Shown: positions 22,030 through 31,487 of the stretch, in pieces | Layout of the letters: each line of letters begins with the position of its first letter | How positions within the stretch are numbered: position 1 is the stretch's first letter | Source of the DNA: Candidatus Methylomirabilia bacterium | GTDB lineage: Bacteria; Methylomirabilota; Methylomirabilia; Rokubacteriales; CSP1-6 | DNA length: 32,577 nt | Direction of reading: 5' to 3' | NCBI GenBank assembly: GCA_041497895.1 | Contig: JBGQHJ010000039.1 | Coordinates: 1-32,577 of the forward strand | Made by a program: the position numbers and the translations under genes | The notes under the pieces: generated by a model | What the model saw: the letters and a program-made list of their open reading frames with translations, nothing else | The model's database searches: none | What the model was told of the DNA's origin: nothing

Positions 22030-22062
22030 GAAAAAATTACTCGTTTCGATGTAACGCTTACA
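22030..22062. promoter_or_regulatory. Tandem GTAA-N3-TTAC boxes (putative upstream activator site)
   Basis: GAAAAAATTAC 22030-22040 and TGTAACGCTTACA 22050-22062. Confidence 0.65.
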
Positions 22063-22173
22063 CGACAAGTGTCAGTGAGGTGACGCGGTTCGTCCAGGTC
22101 GGAGCGGGGGCTCGAGACGCTAACTGATCGGAATGCCGAATTTTCCGTGCCTCCGGAGAGGGCGTTTTCCGGG

Positions 22174-22188
22174 TGGCACTTTCGTTGC
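22174..22188 (+). promoter_or_regulatory. Sigma-54 -24/-12 promoter
   Basis: TGGCAC-TTTCG-TTGC, upstream of ATG 22216. Confidence 0.82.
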
Positions 22189-22215
22189 CTACGGAAGGAC
22201 CGGAGCGCAACGAGA

Positions 22216-22641
22216 ATGGCGACCATCGGGTTCAACGGCGACGTGGAGGCGGAGAGCCGCTGCCGCCTGCTCCTCGTCGATCCCTACGGTCACAGCCGCG
22301 AGGGTCTGGGCGCGGCGCTCCGCGGCGGCGGTCTCCAGGTGGAGACGGCCGAGGGCGCCTCGCAGGCGGTGGCCGCGATGCGGTCCGGGGAGGTGGACCT
22401 GGCGATCGTCGACCTGGACCTGCCTCCCGCCCATGGCCTCGCCGAGGACGGCTGGGACCTGGTGCATCTCCTGCGCGCCGCGAGCCCGACCCTACCGCTG
22501 ATCCTGATCGCGGCGGAATGCCGACCCCACACGCAGGCTGAAGCGCTCCGCCTCGGAGCCCGCCTGCTCGAGAAGCCCATCAACCCGCGCGAGCTGCGGA
22601 CCATCATCCGCGCCCTGCGCCCGGAGACTGCACCAGCATGA
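22216..22641 (+). CDS. Single-domain response regulator receiver protein (atypical)
   Basis: LLLVDP, AIVDLDLP, LEKP receiver-fold motifs. Confidence 0.8.
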   Translation: MATIGFNGDVEAESRCRLLLVDPYGHSREGLGAALRGGGLQVETAEGASQAVAAMRSGEVDLAIVDLDLPPAHGLAEDGWDLVHLLRAASPTLPLILIAAECRPHTQAEALRLGARLLEKPINPRELRTIIRALRPETAPA

Positions 22642-22766
22642 AGCGCGCAACGATCGGCTTTGGCGTCCTCGTCACCTTCTTCCTCCTCGCGATGTTCCTG
22701 ATGGCCGATGCAGAAGTGCCGCCGGTGGACGACACCGCGGTCGTGACCAGCACCGCCGCCCGCTGA
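22638..22766 (+). CDS. 42-aa single-TM small protein
   Basis: MKRATIGFGVLVTFFLLAMFLMADAEVPPVDDTAVVTSTAAR*; ATGA overlap with the upstream stop; GGAG upstream. Confidence 0.65.
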   Translation: MKRATIGFGVLVTFFLLAMFLMADAEVPPVDDTAVVTSTAAR

Positions 22767-22869
22767 CCGCCTGACCGTCTCCTCTCCGGCGGCCGCGGGC
22801 CCTCGCCGCCGGGCTCGGTAGCATCCCCGAGTATTCCTCCGTGGCGGACTGCTGTACCATTGCCGTCCG

Positions 22870-23166
22870 ATGGCCATGATGCTCGTCGCGTATCCGTGGC
22901 TGGTCCTGCTGGCCGCCGGCTGGGTGGTCGGCGCCGTCTTCGTTGGCTCGGTCGGCGGTGCCACCCGCGGAGTGCAGGGCTTCTTCGTCTGGACCCTGGC
23001 CGCCCTGATGTTCTCGCCACTGCTCGCCATGCTCGGTCTGATCGCGGTGCTGCTGGGCGACCTCGTGCGTGAGGTGGAGATCAAGGCCATCCACGGGCCG
23101 GACGAGCTGCCACCGCCGCGCCGCCCGTCCGGACGCTTCGCCCACCTGGCCGGTGAGGACGACTGA
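22870..23166 (+). CDS. Hypothetical two-TM membrane protein
   Basis: Two hydrophobic segments; stop abuts the RBS of the next gene; exact start among several ATGs is uncertain. Confidence 0.65.
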   Translation: MAMMLVAYPWLVLLAAGWVVGAVFVGSVGGATRGVQGFFVWTLAALMFSPLLAMLGLIAVLLGDLVREVEIKAIHGPDELPPPRRPSGRFAHLAGEDD

Positions 23167-23175
23167 GGAGGAGAT

Positions 23176-24021
23176 ATGACGACGATCGGGATCCTGCACC
23201 CGGGGGACATGGGAAGCGTGGTCGGCGCCTGCGCGGTGGCCGCCGGGGCGCGGGTGCTCTGGGCTTCCGAGGGGCGCAGCGCGGGCAGCCGCGAGCGCGC
23301 CGCCGCGGCCGGCCTCGAGGACGCGCGGACGGTGGCGGCGGTGGTGGCAGCGAGCGACGTCATCGTCTCGGTATGCCCGCCGCACGCCGCGATCGACGTC
23401 GCCCGCGACGTGGCGGGCCGCCGATTCGCCGGTCTGTTCGTGGACGCGAACGCGGTGGCGCCGGTGACCGCCCGTGAGATCGGCGCGATCGTCGAGGCCG
23501 GCGGCGCCACCTTCGTGGACGGCGGCCTGATCGGTCCGCCGCCGCGGAATGCCGGCTCCACCCGGCTCTACCTCTCGGGCCGCGAGGCCAAGCGCGCGGC
23601 GGCCCTCTTCGAATCGAGCGCCCTCGAGGCCATCGCGATCGGCGACGGCCCGGGCGCCGCCTCCGCCCTCAAGATGACCTACGCCGCCTACACGAAAGGC
23701 TCCTCCGCGCTGCTGATGGCCATCCGCGCGCTGGCCGCCTCGGAGGGCGTGGACGACGCGCTGCTCGCGGAGTGGCGGCGCTCGCAGCCGGACCTGCCGA
23801 AGCGGTCGGAAGCGGCGGCCCGCGACAACGCGCGCAAGGCGTGGCGGTTCGTGGGCGAGATGGAGGAGATCGCCGCGACCTTCGCGGCGGCGGGTCTCCC
23901 GGGCGGCTTCCACGAGGCGGCCGCGGTGATCTACGCGCGCCTCGCCGGCTACAAGGACGCGGCCACGCCGCCTTCGATGGCGGACCTGGTCGCCCCGCTC
24001 ACGCGCCGACCGAAGGCATAG
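23176..24021 (+). CDS. NAD(P)-dependent oxidoreductase (6-phosphogluconate/3-hydroxyisobutyrate dehydrogenase-like, DUF1932-type C-terminus)
   Basis: IGILHPGDMGS, VDANAVAP, ASALKMTYAAYTKG, KAWRFVGEMEEIA. Confidence 0.85.
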   Translation: MTTIGILHPGDMGSVVGACAVAAGARVLWASEGRSAGSRERAAAAGLEDARTVAAVVAASDVIVSVCPPHAAIDVARDVAGRRFAGLFVDANAVAPVTAREIGAIVEAGGATFVDGGLIGPPPRNAGSTRLYLSGREAKRAAALFESSALEAIAIGDGPGAASALKMTYAAYTKGSSALLMAIRALAASEGVDDALLAEWRRSQPDLPKRSEAAARDNARKAWRFVGEMEEIAATFAAAGLPGGFHEAAAVIYARLAGYKDAATPPSMADLVAPLTRRPKA

Positions 24022-24051
24022 GCCGGCGCGCGCGCCGAAAGGAGAACGCGC

Positions 24052-24354
24052 ATGGTCAACGTCGCCCTCTACGTACGGCTCGAGGCCAAGCCCGGCAAGG
24101 AGAAGGACGTCGAGGCTTTCCTCAAGGGCGGGCTGGCGGTGGTGCAGGGCGAGCCGGCCACGACCGCCTGGTTCGCGCTCCGGATGGGCCCGAGCACCTT
24201 CGGCATCTTCGACGCGTTCCCCGACGAGGCGGGGCGGCAGGCCCATCTCTCGGGCCGGGTGGCGGCCGCGCTCATGCAGAAGGCGGCCGATCTGCTGGCG
24301 AAGCCGCCTGCCATCGAGAAGGTGGACGTGCTCGCGGCCAAGCTGCCCGGGTAG
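24052..24354 (+). CDS. Antibiotic biosynthesis monooxygenase (ABM) domain protein
   Basis: LEAKPGKE...EPATTAW...FGIFDAFPDEAGRQAHL; AAGGAG RBS. Confidence 0.88.
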   Translation: MVNVALYVRLEAKPGKEKDVEAFLKGGLAVVQGEPATTAWFALRMGPSTFGIFDAFPDEAGRQAHLSGRVAAALMQKAADLLAKPPAIEKVDVLAAKLPG

Positions 24355-24470
24355 TCCGCCGAACTCGACCCGCACCCCTCGAGATCGGCCGGCGCCGCGA
24401 TCGCGGGTCCCGCTACCGCCTCGTCTCTGCCCCGCCCGCGCGTCGCCGTGTTAGACTTCGGCCGCGACGC

Positions 24471-24546
24471 GAGCCGTTAGCTCAGTTGGGAGAGCACCTG
24501 ACTTTTAATCAGGGGGTCGGTGGTTCGATCCCACCACGGCTCACCA
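24471..24546 (+). tRNA. tRNA-Lys (UUU)
   Basis: Acceptor stem GAGCCGT/ACGGCTC, anticodon arm CCTGA-CTTTTAA-TCAGG, GGTTCGATCCC, encoded CCA. Confidence 0.97.
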
Positions 24547-24583
24547 CTCTCCGCGGACGAGGGACCGAGGAGACCGCCCGTCG

Positions 24584-24970
24584 CTAGCCGGCGTTGTTCT
24601 TGCCGAGAGCCTGGCGGACGGCCTGGCGGAGATCTTCCGGGCTGAACGGCTTGGAGAGCACCGGCACCCGCGAGGCGGCGAGGAAGCCCGCGTAGTCCAG
24701 CGAGTGCGCCTGGCCGGTGACGTAGATCATCCGGGGCATCGCCGAGCCGTGGCGGAGCTGGAGCGCCCAGTAGAGCGCGGCGCCGTCCATCTTGGGCATG
24801 CGCAGATCGCTCAGGATGAGGTCGTACTTGCGCTGGTCGGAGAGCTGCAGCGCGGCGGCGCCGTCCGGTGCCACCTCGATCTCGTAGCCGTGCTCGGCGA
24901 GCACGTCGGCGATCAGCTCGCGGACGTCGGGCTCGTCCTCCACGACTAGGACCAGGGCGTGGCCGGTCAT
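24584..24970 (-). CDS. Single-domain response regulator receiver protein
   Basis: VVEDE, LSDLRMPKMDG, VTG, SKPF canonical residues. Confidence 0.9.
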   Translation of the reverse strand: MTGHALVLVVEDEPDVRELIADVLAEHGYEIEVAPDGAAALQLSDQRKYDLILSDLRMPKMDGAALYWALQLRHGSAMPRMIYVTGQAHSLDYAGFLAASRVPVLSKPFSPEDLRQAVRQALGKNNAG

Positions 24971-25022
24971 AGTGCTGAGTCTAGCAAAGGCCCGGGGCGG
25001 GGGCCCTATCTTCCGGGTCGGG

Positions 25023-25487
25023 CTAGTGGGCGAGCGGGCGGACCAGGAGCGGATACCGCCCGACCCGATGGCCCGAGATCAGCAGCTCCACCACCCACAC
25101 GCCGGGCTGGGAGAGGTCGCGCTGCTCGAGCCGATCGACCTGCCACGTCCAGAGCGCGCCTTCCCGCGACTGATCCATCGGCTGGTCGCTGGTGCGGGCC
25201 ACCACGCCGTCGGGGTTGATCCATCGCACCTGGATGTTCAGCAGGCCGCCGGTCTGCTGGATGCCGTAGAAGAACGTGACCGGGTTCCGCACCGTGAACT
25301 CCTTGACCCCGGACGGCATGTTCCGGCGGAACGCGGTGAAGAGCAGCGTCCCCGGCGCGGGGGCCTCCTCGGTGAAGTAGGCGAACTTCACCAGGCTGGC
25401 GGCCTCGATGCCGGAGAGGTGGAGCGCCGGTGGCGTGGGCCGTCGGGGCACTTGTCGCGGCTGCTCCCGTCTGGGTTGATTCGGCAC
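25023..25487 (-). CDS. Hypothetical protein (beta-rich)
   Basis: GC3-biased frame with ordinary composition; VRWINPDG and PGVWVVEL strands; start uncertain. Confidence 0.65.
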   Translation of the reverse strand: MPNQPRREQPRQVPRRPTPPALHLSGIEAASLVKFAYFTEEAPAPGTLLFTAFRRNMPSGVKEFTVRNPVTFFYGIQQTGGLLNIQVRWINPDGVVARTSDQPMDQSREGALWTWQVDRLEQRDLSQPGVWVVELLISGHRVGRYPLLVRPLAH

Positions 25488-25501
25488 GATCGTTCAGGGC
25501 T

Positions 25502-25516
25502 GCAAGTCCGAGGCCA
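25502..25516 (-). promoter_or_regulatory. Possible sigma-54 promoter
   Basis: Minus strand TGGCCT-CGGAC-TTGC(A), just upstream of GTG 25487. Confidence 0.45.
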
Positions 25517-25724
25517 TGGATAAGTCTAGACGAATTCGACCAATTTGCCCAGGACGGCCTGAAGGCGCGTCCGGTTGACACCGGGCGCGGTGACGAAAGT
25601 TGCCGGCTCCCGGCGCCGCAGCGGCAGTGACACTGTCACCTCCTCCTGCGTCCATCGGCCGACGAGCGGGTGCGATCCCACGGACGGCGCGCTGTAGCGG
25701 CGCGCGCTTGCGGCGTGCCGCGCG

Positions 25725-25739
25725 TGGCAAGCGCCTTGC
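25725..25739 (+). promoter_or_regulatory. Sigma-54 -24/-12 promoter of the PEP-CTERM gene
   Basis: TGGCAA-GCGCC-TTGC, upstream of the GAGGAGG RBS and ATG 25771. Confidence 0.7.
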
Positions 25740-25770
25740 GTCCGAGGGAACGCCTTCGAGGAGGCCAACG

Positions 25771-26397
25771 ATGAAAGCGATCGCGTGCACGCTCGGCATG
25801 ATGCTCGTCGCGACGACGTGGTCGACGCCGGCCGCGGCTCTCGAGCTCACCCTGGACGACGTGGCGAGCGCCGGCAACCCGTTCGTCGCGACGGTGGAGA
25901 CGAGCGGCTACCGGTTCTCGGGGCCGTCCCTCCGCACGATCGACACGCCGGGGAGCACCTACGTCAGCAACGGCTCGGCCGTCTACCTGGCCCAGACGGT
26001 GGCCGGACCCGTCGGCGGGGTCACCCTGCAGCGGATCGACGGGATGCCCTTCGACCTGTACGAGTTCGCGGCGGCCGGCCTGTTCGCGGCCGTGGGCGCC
26101 TCGCCGAACTCCACGCACGTCTCCGTGCTGGCGATCCAGGTGGGCGGCGCCGGGCTCAGCGCCATCTATGACCTGGGCGCCGCCGCGGGCTTCGTCCACT
26201 TGCCGGTGCCGACGAGCTGGAACAACCTCGAGTTCGTGACCTTCGGCGGGGTCTTCTCGGCCGCCGCGGCCGGTGCCCTGGCCCTGGACGACATCGGCGT
26301 GGGCTCAGGCCCGGTCGTGCCGGAGCCCGCCGCCCTCGTGCTGGCACTGACCACCCTGGCCGGGCTCGGCGTCCTCGCCCTGAGCCGCCGCTCCTAG
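25771..26397 (+). CDS. PEP-CTERM sorting-signal surface protein
   Basis: N-terminal signal peptide ending AAA; C-terminal VPEP + TM helix + SRRS. Confidence 0.9.
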   Translation: MKAIACTLGMMLVATTWSTPAAALELTLDDVASAGNPFVATVETSGYRFSGPSLRTIDTPGSTYVSNGSAVYLAQTVAGPVGGVTLQRIDGMPFDLYEFAAAGLFAAVGASPNSTHVSVLAIQVGGAGLSAIYDLGAAAGFVHLPVPTSWNNLEFVTFGGVFSAAAAGALALDDIGVGSGPVVPEPAALVLALTTLAGLGVLALSRRS

Positions 26398-26443
26398 TCG
26401 CCGCCCCGCCCGCTTCCCCTCCGGACCCGCCCGCGGGTCCGCC

Positions 26444-26473
26444 TTGACCCGGAAGTATCCGAATGGTTACTAT
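26444..26473 (+). promoter_or_regulatory. Sigma-70 promoter with overlapping palindromic operator
   Basis: TTGACC-18 nt-TACTAT; AGTATCC-GAAT-GGTTACT dyad at 26454-26471. Confidence 0.65.
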
Positions 26474-26506
26474 GAGCCCGACCCGCCCATGTGCCCGGCC
26501 ATTCGT

Positions 26507-27127
26507 GTGAAGCGCTCCGCTGCCCCGCACGCCCGCGATCCCCGGCGGACCCAGGACCGGATCCTCGCCGCCGCCCTGGCCGAGTTCTCGGCGGAAGGCT
26601 TTGCCGGCGCCCGGGTCGCGCGCATCGCGCGGCGGGCGCGCGTGAACAAGCGAATGCTCTACCACTACTTCGGCAACAAGGAGGATCTCTTCCGCGGGAT
26701 CTTCGACCGTAAGCTGGTCGAGCGGGCCGGGTGGCTCACCGAGGCGCCGGTGGGCCTGGGGGCGAGCCTCGCCTACTGGTTCCGGATGGCGTGCGAGGAC
26801 AGCGACTGGATCCGCCTGATCCAGTGGGAGGCCCTCGCCAAGGGCGACGAGCCGGTGATCCGAGAGGAGGAGCGCCGCGCGTCGTTCCGCGAGGCCCTCG
26901 GCGACCTGCGCGCGCGCCAGCAGCGCGGTCTGCTGCCCGCCGATCTCGACGCCGGGCACCTGCTCCTCGCGATCATGGGCCTGATCGCGTATCCGCTGGC
27001 CTTCCCGCAGCTCACCCGGATGGTGACGGGACGGAGCGCCACCGACGCGGGCTTCCGCGCCGAGCGCGCGGAGTTCCTCCGCCGCTTCGCCGCGGCCCTG
27101 ACCGCGCCCGCGGGAGCCCAGGCATGA
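26507..27127 (+). CDS. TetR/AcrR family transcriptional regulator
   Basis: RILAAALAEFSAEGFAGARVARIARRARVNKRMLYHYFGNKEDLF HTH; start GTG 26507 or ATG 26489. Confidence 0.92.
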   Translation: MKRSAAPHARDPRRTQDRILAAALAEFSAEGFAGARVARIARRARVNKRMLYHYFGNKEDLFRGIFDRKLVERAGWLTEAPVGLGASLAYWFRMACEDSDWIRLIQWEALAKGDEPVIREEERRASFREALGDLRARQQRGLLPADLDAGHLLLAIMGLIAYPLAFPQLTRMVTGRSATDAGFRAERAEFLRRFAAALTAPAGAQA

Positions 27128-28395
27128 CGGCCCGGCCCGGTCGGCTCGCAGGCGGAGCGGCGCTCGCGGGCGCCCTCCTGGCGGGTACCCTGCTCGTCGG
27201 GTGCGACCGGCGCGCGGACACCGCGGCGGCCAAGACCCCGCCCCCCGGCGTGCCGGTCACGGTCGCCGACGTCGTGACCCGCGACGTGCCGGTGCAGATC
27301 CGCGCCATCGGCAACGTGCAGGCCCTCGCCACCGTGTCGGTGCTCTCGATGATCAACGGCGAGGTCATGAAGGCGCACTTCGGCGAGGGGCAGGAGGTGG
27401 GGGCGGGTGCCCCGCTCTTCACGATCGATCCGCGCCAGCTGCAGGCGGTGCTGCTCCAGGTCCAGGCCACGCTCGCCCAGCACCAGGCGATGGTGAAGCA
27501 GGCCGAGGCCAACCTGGCCAAGGACACCGCGCAGCTCGAGAACGCCAAGGTGGAGGAGCAGCGCTACAAGAAGCTGGTCGACGGGGGCTTCGTGGCGCGC
27601 GAGCAGTACGACCAGATCCGGACCACCGAGCAGACCCTCACCGCCACCATCGAGGCCGACTACGCCGCGATCGAGACCGCCAAGGCGCTGGTGCGGGCCG
27701 ACGAGGCGGCGGTGGAGAACGCGCGGGTGCAGCTCTCGTACACCGAGATCCGCGCCCCGATCAGCGGGCGCACCGGCAACCTGCTGCTGCACCAGGGCAA
27801 CGTGGTCAAGGCCAACGACGTGGGCAACCCGATGGTGGTGATCAACCAGATCCATCCCATCTACGTCGCCTTCTCGGTCCCGGAGGTGCAGCTCGCCGAG
27901 ATCACGCGCTATCGCGCGCAGGGCGACCTGCGGGTGGAGGCGCAGGCCCCGGGCGCGCCGGGTGGCGTGGTGCGCGGCCGGCTCACCTTCGTGAACAACA
28001 CGGTGGACGCGAGCACCGGCACCATCCAGCTCAAGGCCACGTTCGAGAACACCGAGAACGCGCTGTGGCCGGGGCAGTTCGTCAACGTGGCCCTCACGCT
28101 CACCCGCCAGCCCAACGCGGTGGTGGTGCCGTCGCAGGCGGTGCAGAGCGGCCAGAAGGGCCAGTACGTGTTCGTGGTGAAGGCGGACAACACCGTGGAG
28201 GCCCGCCCGGTGGTGCCCGGCCCGCCCGATGGCCGCGACGTGGTGGTCACGAGCGGGCTCCAGGCGGGTGAGCGGGTGGTGACGGACGGGCAGCTCCGGC
28301 TGGTGCCGGGCGCCCGGGTGGACGTGAAGATGGCGGCTCCCGAGTCCGCGCCGGGCGACGCGCCCAAGGCGCCGGCCGGGAAGGCAGGTGGATGA
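27124..28395 (+). CDS. RND efflux membrane fusion protein (MdtA-like lipoprotein)
   Basis: Lipobox LVGC, YTEIRAPISGRTG, NTVDASTGTI, LWPGQFV, GERVVTDG. Confidence 0.93.
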   Translation: MTARPGRLAGGAALAGALLAGTLLVGCDRRADTAAAKTPPPGVPVTVADVVTRDVPVQIRAIGNVQALATVSVLSMINGEVMKAHFGEGQEVGAGAPLFTIDPRQLQAVLLQVQATLAQHQAMVKQAEANLAKDTAQLENAKVEEQRYKKLVDGGFVAREQYDQIRTTEQTLTATIEADYAAIETAKALVRADEAAVENARVQLSYTEIRAPISGRTGNLLLHQGNVVKANDVGNPMVVINQIHPIYVAFSVPEVQLAEITRYRAQGDLRVEAQAPGAPGGVVRGRLTFVNNTVDASTGTIQLKATFENTENALWPGQFVNVALTLTRQPNAVVVPSQAVQSGQKGQYVFVVKADNTVEARPVVPGPPDGRDVVVTSGLQAGERVVTDGQLRLVPGARVDVKMAAPESAPGDAPKAPAGKAGG

Positions 28396-31300
28396 GCACC
28401 GACCTCTTCATCCGTCGCCCCGTCATGACCACGCTGCTCATGGCGGGCATCCTGGTCTTCGGGATCATGGCCTACCGGCTGCTACCGGTGAGCGACCTGC
28501 CCAACATCGATTTCCCCACCATCCAGGTCACCGCGTCCCTGCCTGGCGCCAGCCCCGACACGATGGCCTCGGCGGTGGCCACGCCGCTCGAGAAGCAGTT
28601 CTCCACCATCGCGGGCATCGACTCGATGACCTCGACGAGCGCGCTGGGGAACACCCAGATCACCATCCAGTTCACCCTCGAGCGCAACATCGACGCGGCG
28701 GCGCAGGACGTGCAGGCCGCGATCGCGGCGGCCCAGCCCCAGATGCCGCCCGGCATGCCCACGCCGCCGTCCTACAAGAAGGTCAACCCGGCCGACCAGC
28801 CGATCCTCTACCTCTCGCTGAGCTCGCCCACCCTGCCGCTCTACGTGGTCGACGAGTACGCCCAGACCAACCTCTCCCAGCGCATCTCCACCATCGCGGG
28901 GGTGGCCCAGGTGGGGATCTTCGGCTCGCAGAAGTACGCGGTGCGGGCCCAGCTCGACCCGAGCGCGATGGCCACCCTCGGCATCGGCATCGACGAGGTG
29001 CAGAAGGCCCTCGCGGACAGCAACGTGAACCTGCCGACCGGCACCCTCTGGGGTCCGAACCAGGCCTTCAGCGTGCAGGCCACCGGCCAGCTCACGAGCG
29101 CGGCGGCCTACCGGCCGCTGATCGTGGCCTACCGCAACGGCTCGCCGGTTCGGCTCGAGGCGCTCGGGCGGGTGATCGACGGGGTGCAGACCGACAAGGT
29201 GGCCTCCTGGTACAACGACGAGCGGGCAGTGGTGCTGGCGATCCAGAAGCAGCCCGGGACCAACACCATCGAGGTGGTGGACTCGATCAACAAGATCCTG
29301 CCCGTGTTCCGGGCCCAGCTCCCGGCCTCGGTGAACCTGAACACGCTCTACGACCGCTCGGTCTCCATCCGGGCCTCGGTCCACGACGTGCAGTTCACCC
29401 TGCTGCTGGCGATCGTGCTGGTGGTGCTGGTGATCTTCCTCTTCCTGCGCAACGTCTCGGCCACCCTCATCCCGAGCCTGGCCCTGCCCATGTCGATCGT
29501 GGGCACCTTCATGGTCATGTACGTGCTCGGCTACACGATCGACAACCTGTCCCTGATGGCCCTCACCCTCGCGGTGGGCTTCATCGTGGACGACGCGATC
29601 GTGATGCTCGAGAACATCGTGCGCCACATGGAGGACGGAATGGGCCGGATGGAGGCGGCCCTGGTCGGCGCGCGGGAGATCGGCTTCACCATCGTCTCCA
29701 TGACCGCCTCGCTGGCCGCGGTGTTCCTGCCGGTGCTGTTCATGGGCGGTATCGTGGGCCGCCTGCTCCACGAGTTCGCGGTGGTCATCGGCGCCGCGGT
29801 CATCGTGTCCGGCGTGGTCTCCCTGACCCTCACTCCGATGGCGTGCAGCCGCTTCCTGCGCCCGCCCACCGAGTCGCACGGGCGGGTCTACGCCGCGTCG
29901 GAGCGGGTCTTCACCGCGATGCTGGCCCTCTACCAGCGCACCCTCCAGCTCGTGCTGCGCCACCCGCGCTTCACGCTCATGACCTTCTTCGCCACCGTGC
30001 TCCTGACCGGCTACCTCTTCTACATCGTGCCGAAGGGCTTCATCCCCAACGAGGACACCGGCCAGGTCTTCGCGTTCACCGAGGCCTCCCAGGACATCTC
30101 GTTCGAGGGGATGATGGAGCACCAGGTGAAGGCGGCGAGCATCGTGGGCAAGCAGCCCTACGTGAGGCAGTTCTTCTCGGCGATCGGGGCGAGCGGCTCG
30201 AGCGTGGTCATGAACACCGGCCGCATCTTCATGCTGCTCAAGCCCGCCCGCGAGCGGCCCACCGCGGACGAGATCGTCCAGGACCTCCGCAAGAAGCTCT
30301 CCGGGATCCCGGGCCTGAACGTCTACCCGCAGGTGCTACCCACGATCCGCATCGGCGGCAACCTCACCAAGGGACAGTACCAGTACACGATGCAGGACGC
30401 GGATCTCCAGACCCTCTATTCCTCGGCCCCGATCATGTACGAGCGGATGAAGGGGCTGGCCGGCTTCCTCGACGTGAACTCGGATCTGCAGATCACGAGC
30501 CCGCAGGTGCTGGTGGAGATCGACCGGGAGAAGGCCTCCGCGCTCGGCGTGACCGCGGTGCAGATCGAGAACGCGCTCAACAACGCCTACGGGGCGCCCC
30601 AGGTGTCCACCATCTACACCCCGACCAACCAGTACTGGGTGATGATGGAGCTCCTGCCGCAGTACCAGCGCGACCCCGCCGCGCTCTCGATGCTCTACAT
30701 CCGGTCCTCGAGCGGCAAGCTGGTGCCGCTCGGCACCGTGGCCAAGCTCACCCGCACGGTGGGGCCGCTGACCGTGAACCACCTGGGCCAGCTCCCGGCG
30801 GTGACGATCTCCTTCAACCTGCGGCCGGGAGTGGCCCTCGGCGAGGCGGTCGAGAAGATCCAGGGGGTGGAGCGCGACCTGCGGCTGCCCGCCACCCTCA
30901 GCACCAGCTTCCAGGGGACGGTGCAGGCCTTCCAGCGGTCGCTGCAGGGGCTCGGGCTGCTGCTCCTCGCCGCGGTGCTCGTCATCTACCTGATCCTGGG
31001 CATCCTCTACGAGAGCTTCATCCACCCGCTGACGATCCTCTCCGGGCTGCCGTCGGCGGGCGTGGGCGCGCTCCTGACCCTGCTGATCTTCCACCAGGAA
31101 CTGAACCTCTACGGCTTCGTCGGGATTATCATGCTGGTCGGGATCGTGAAGAAGAACGCCATCATGATGATCGACTTCGCCATCGACGCCCAGCGCAAGG
31201 GCAAGCCCGCCGCCGAGGCGATCTACGAGGGCTGCCTGCTGCGCTTCCGCCCCATCATGATGACCACGATGGCCGCCCTCATGGGCACGCTGCCCATCGC

Positions 31301-31487
31301 GGTGGGCGTGGGCGCGGGCGCCGACTCGCGCCGCTCCCTCGGCCTGGCGGTGGTCGGCGGCCTGGTGCTCTCGCAGCTGCTCACCCTCTACATCACGCCG
31401 GTCATCTACCTCTACCTGGAGCGCTTCCGGGAGCGGGCCACCCGGCGCGAGGTCGTGCCCAACATGGCCCCGCGCCCCGCCGCCTGA
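28392..31487 (+). CDS. RND efflux permease (MdtB/MdtC-like)
   Basis: FIRRPVMT, LPGASPDTMA, KVNPADQPI, VDDAIVMLEN, GIVKKNAIMMIDFA, RFRPIMMTT. Confidence 0.96.
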   Translation: MSTDLFIRRPVMTTLLMAGILVFGIMAYRLLPVSDLPNIDFPTIQVTASLPGASPDTMASAVATPLEKQFSTIAGIDSMTSTSALGNTQITIQFTLERNIDAAAQDVQAAIAAAQPQMPPGMPTPPSYKKVNPADQPILYLSLSSPTLPLYVVDEYAQTNLSQRISTIAGVAQVGIFGSQKYAVRAQLDPSAMATLGIGIDEVQKALADSNVNLPTGTLWGPNQAFSVQATGQLTSAAAYRPLIVAYRNGSPVRLEALGRVIDGVQTDKVASWYNDERAVVLAIQKQPGTNTIEVVDSINKILPVFRAQLPASVNLNTLYDRSVSIRASVHDVQFTLLLAIVLVVLVIFLFLRNVSATLIPSLALPMSIVGTFMVMYVLGYTIDNLSLMALTLAVGFIVDDAIVMLENIVRHMEDGMGRMEAALVGAREIGFTIVSMTASLAAVFLPVLFMGGIVGRLLHEFAVVIGAAVIVSGVVSLTLTPMACSRFLRPPTESHGRVYAASERVFTAMLALYQRTLQLVLRHPRFTLMTFFATVLLTGYLFYIVPKGFIPNEDTGQVFAFTEASQDISFEGMMEHQVKAASIVGKQPYVRQFFSAIGASGSSVVMNTGRIFMLLKPARERPTADEIVQDLRKKLSGIPGLNVYPQVLPTIRIGGNLTKGQYQYTMQDADLQTLYSSAPIMYERMKGLAGFLDVNSDLQITSPQVLVEIDREKASALGVTAVQIENALNNAYGAPQVSTIYTPTNQYWVMMELLPQYQRDPAALSMLYIRSSSGKLVPLGTVAKLTRTVGPLTVNHLGQLPAVTISFNLRPGVALGEAVEKIQGVERDLRLPATLSTSFQGTVQAFQRSLQGLGLLLLAAVLVIYLILGILYESFIHPLTILSGLPSAGVGALLTLLIFHQELNLYGFVGIIMLVGIVKKNAIMMIDFAIDAQRKGKPAAEAIYEGCLLRFRPIMMTTMAALMGTLPIAVGVGAGADSRRSLGLAVVGGLVLSQLLTLYITPVIYLYLERFRERATRREVVPNMAPRPAA

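Noticed and set aside
21940..22030. Sigma-54 promoter for hpnR
   Set aside because: The minus-strand GG...GC candidates I found have 11-12 nt spacing, not the required 10; direct membership of hpnR in the regulon is unsupported.
26422..26441. Hairpin CGGACCCGC-CC-GCGGGTCCG after the PEP-CTERM gene
   Set aside because: No U-tract, and short GC stems are expected by chance at this composition.
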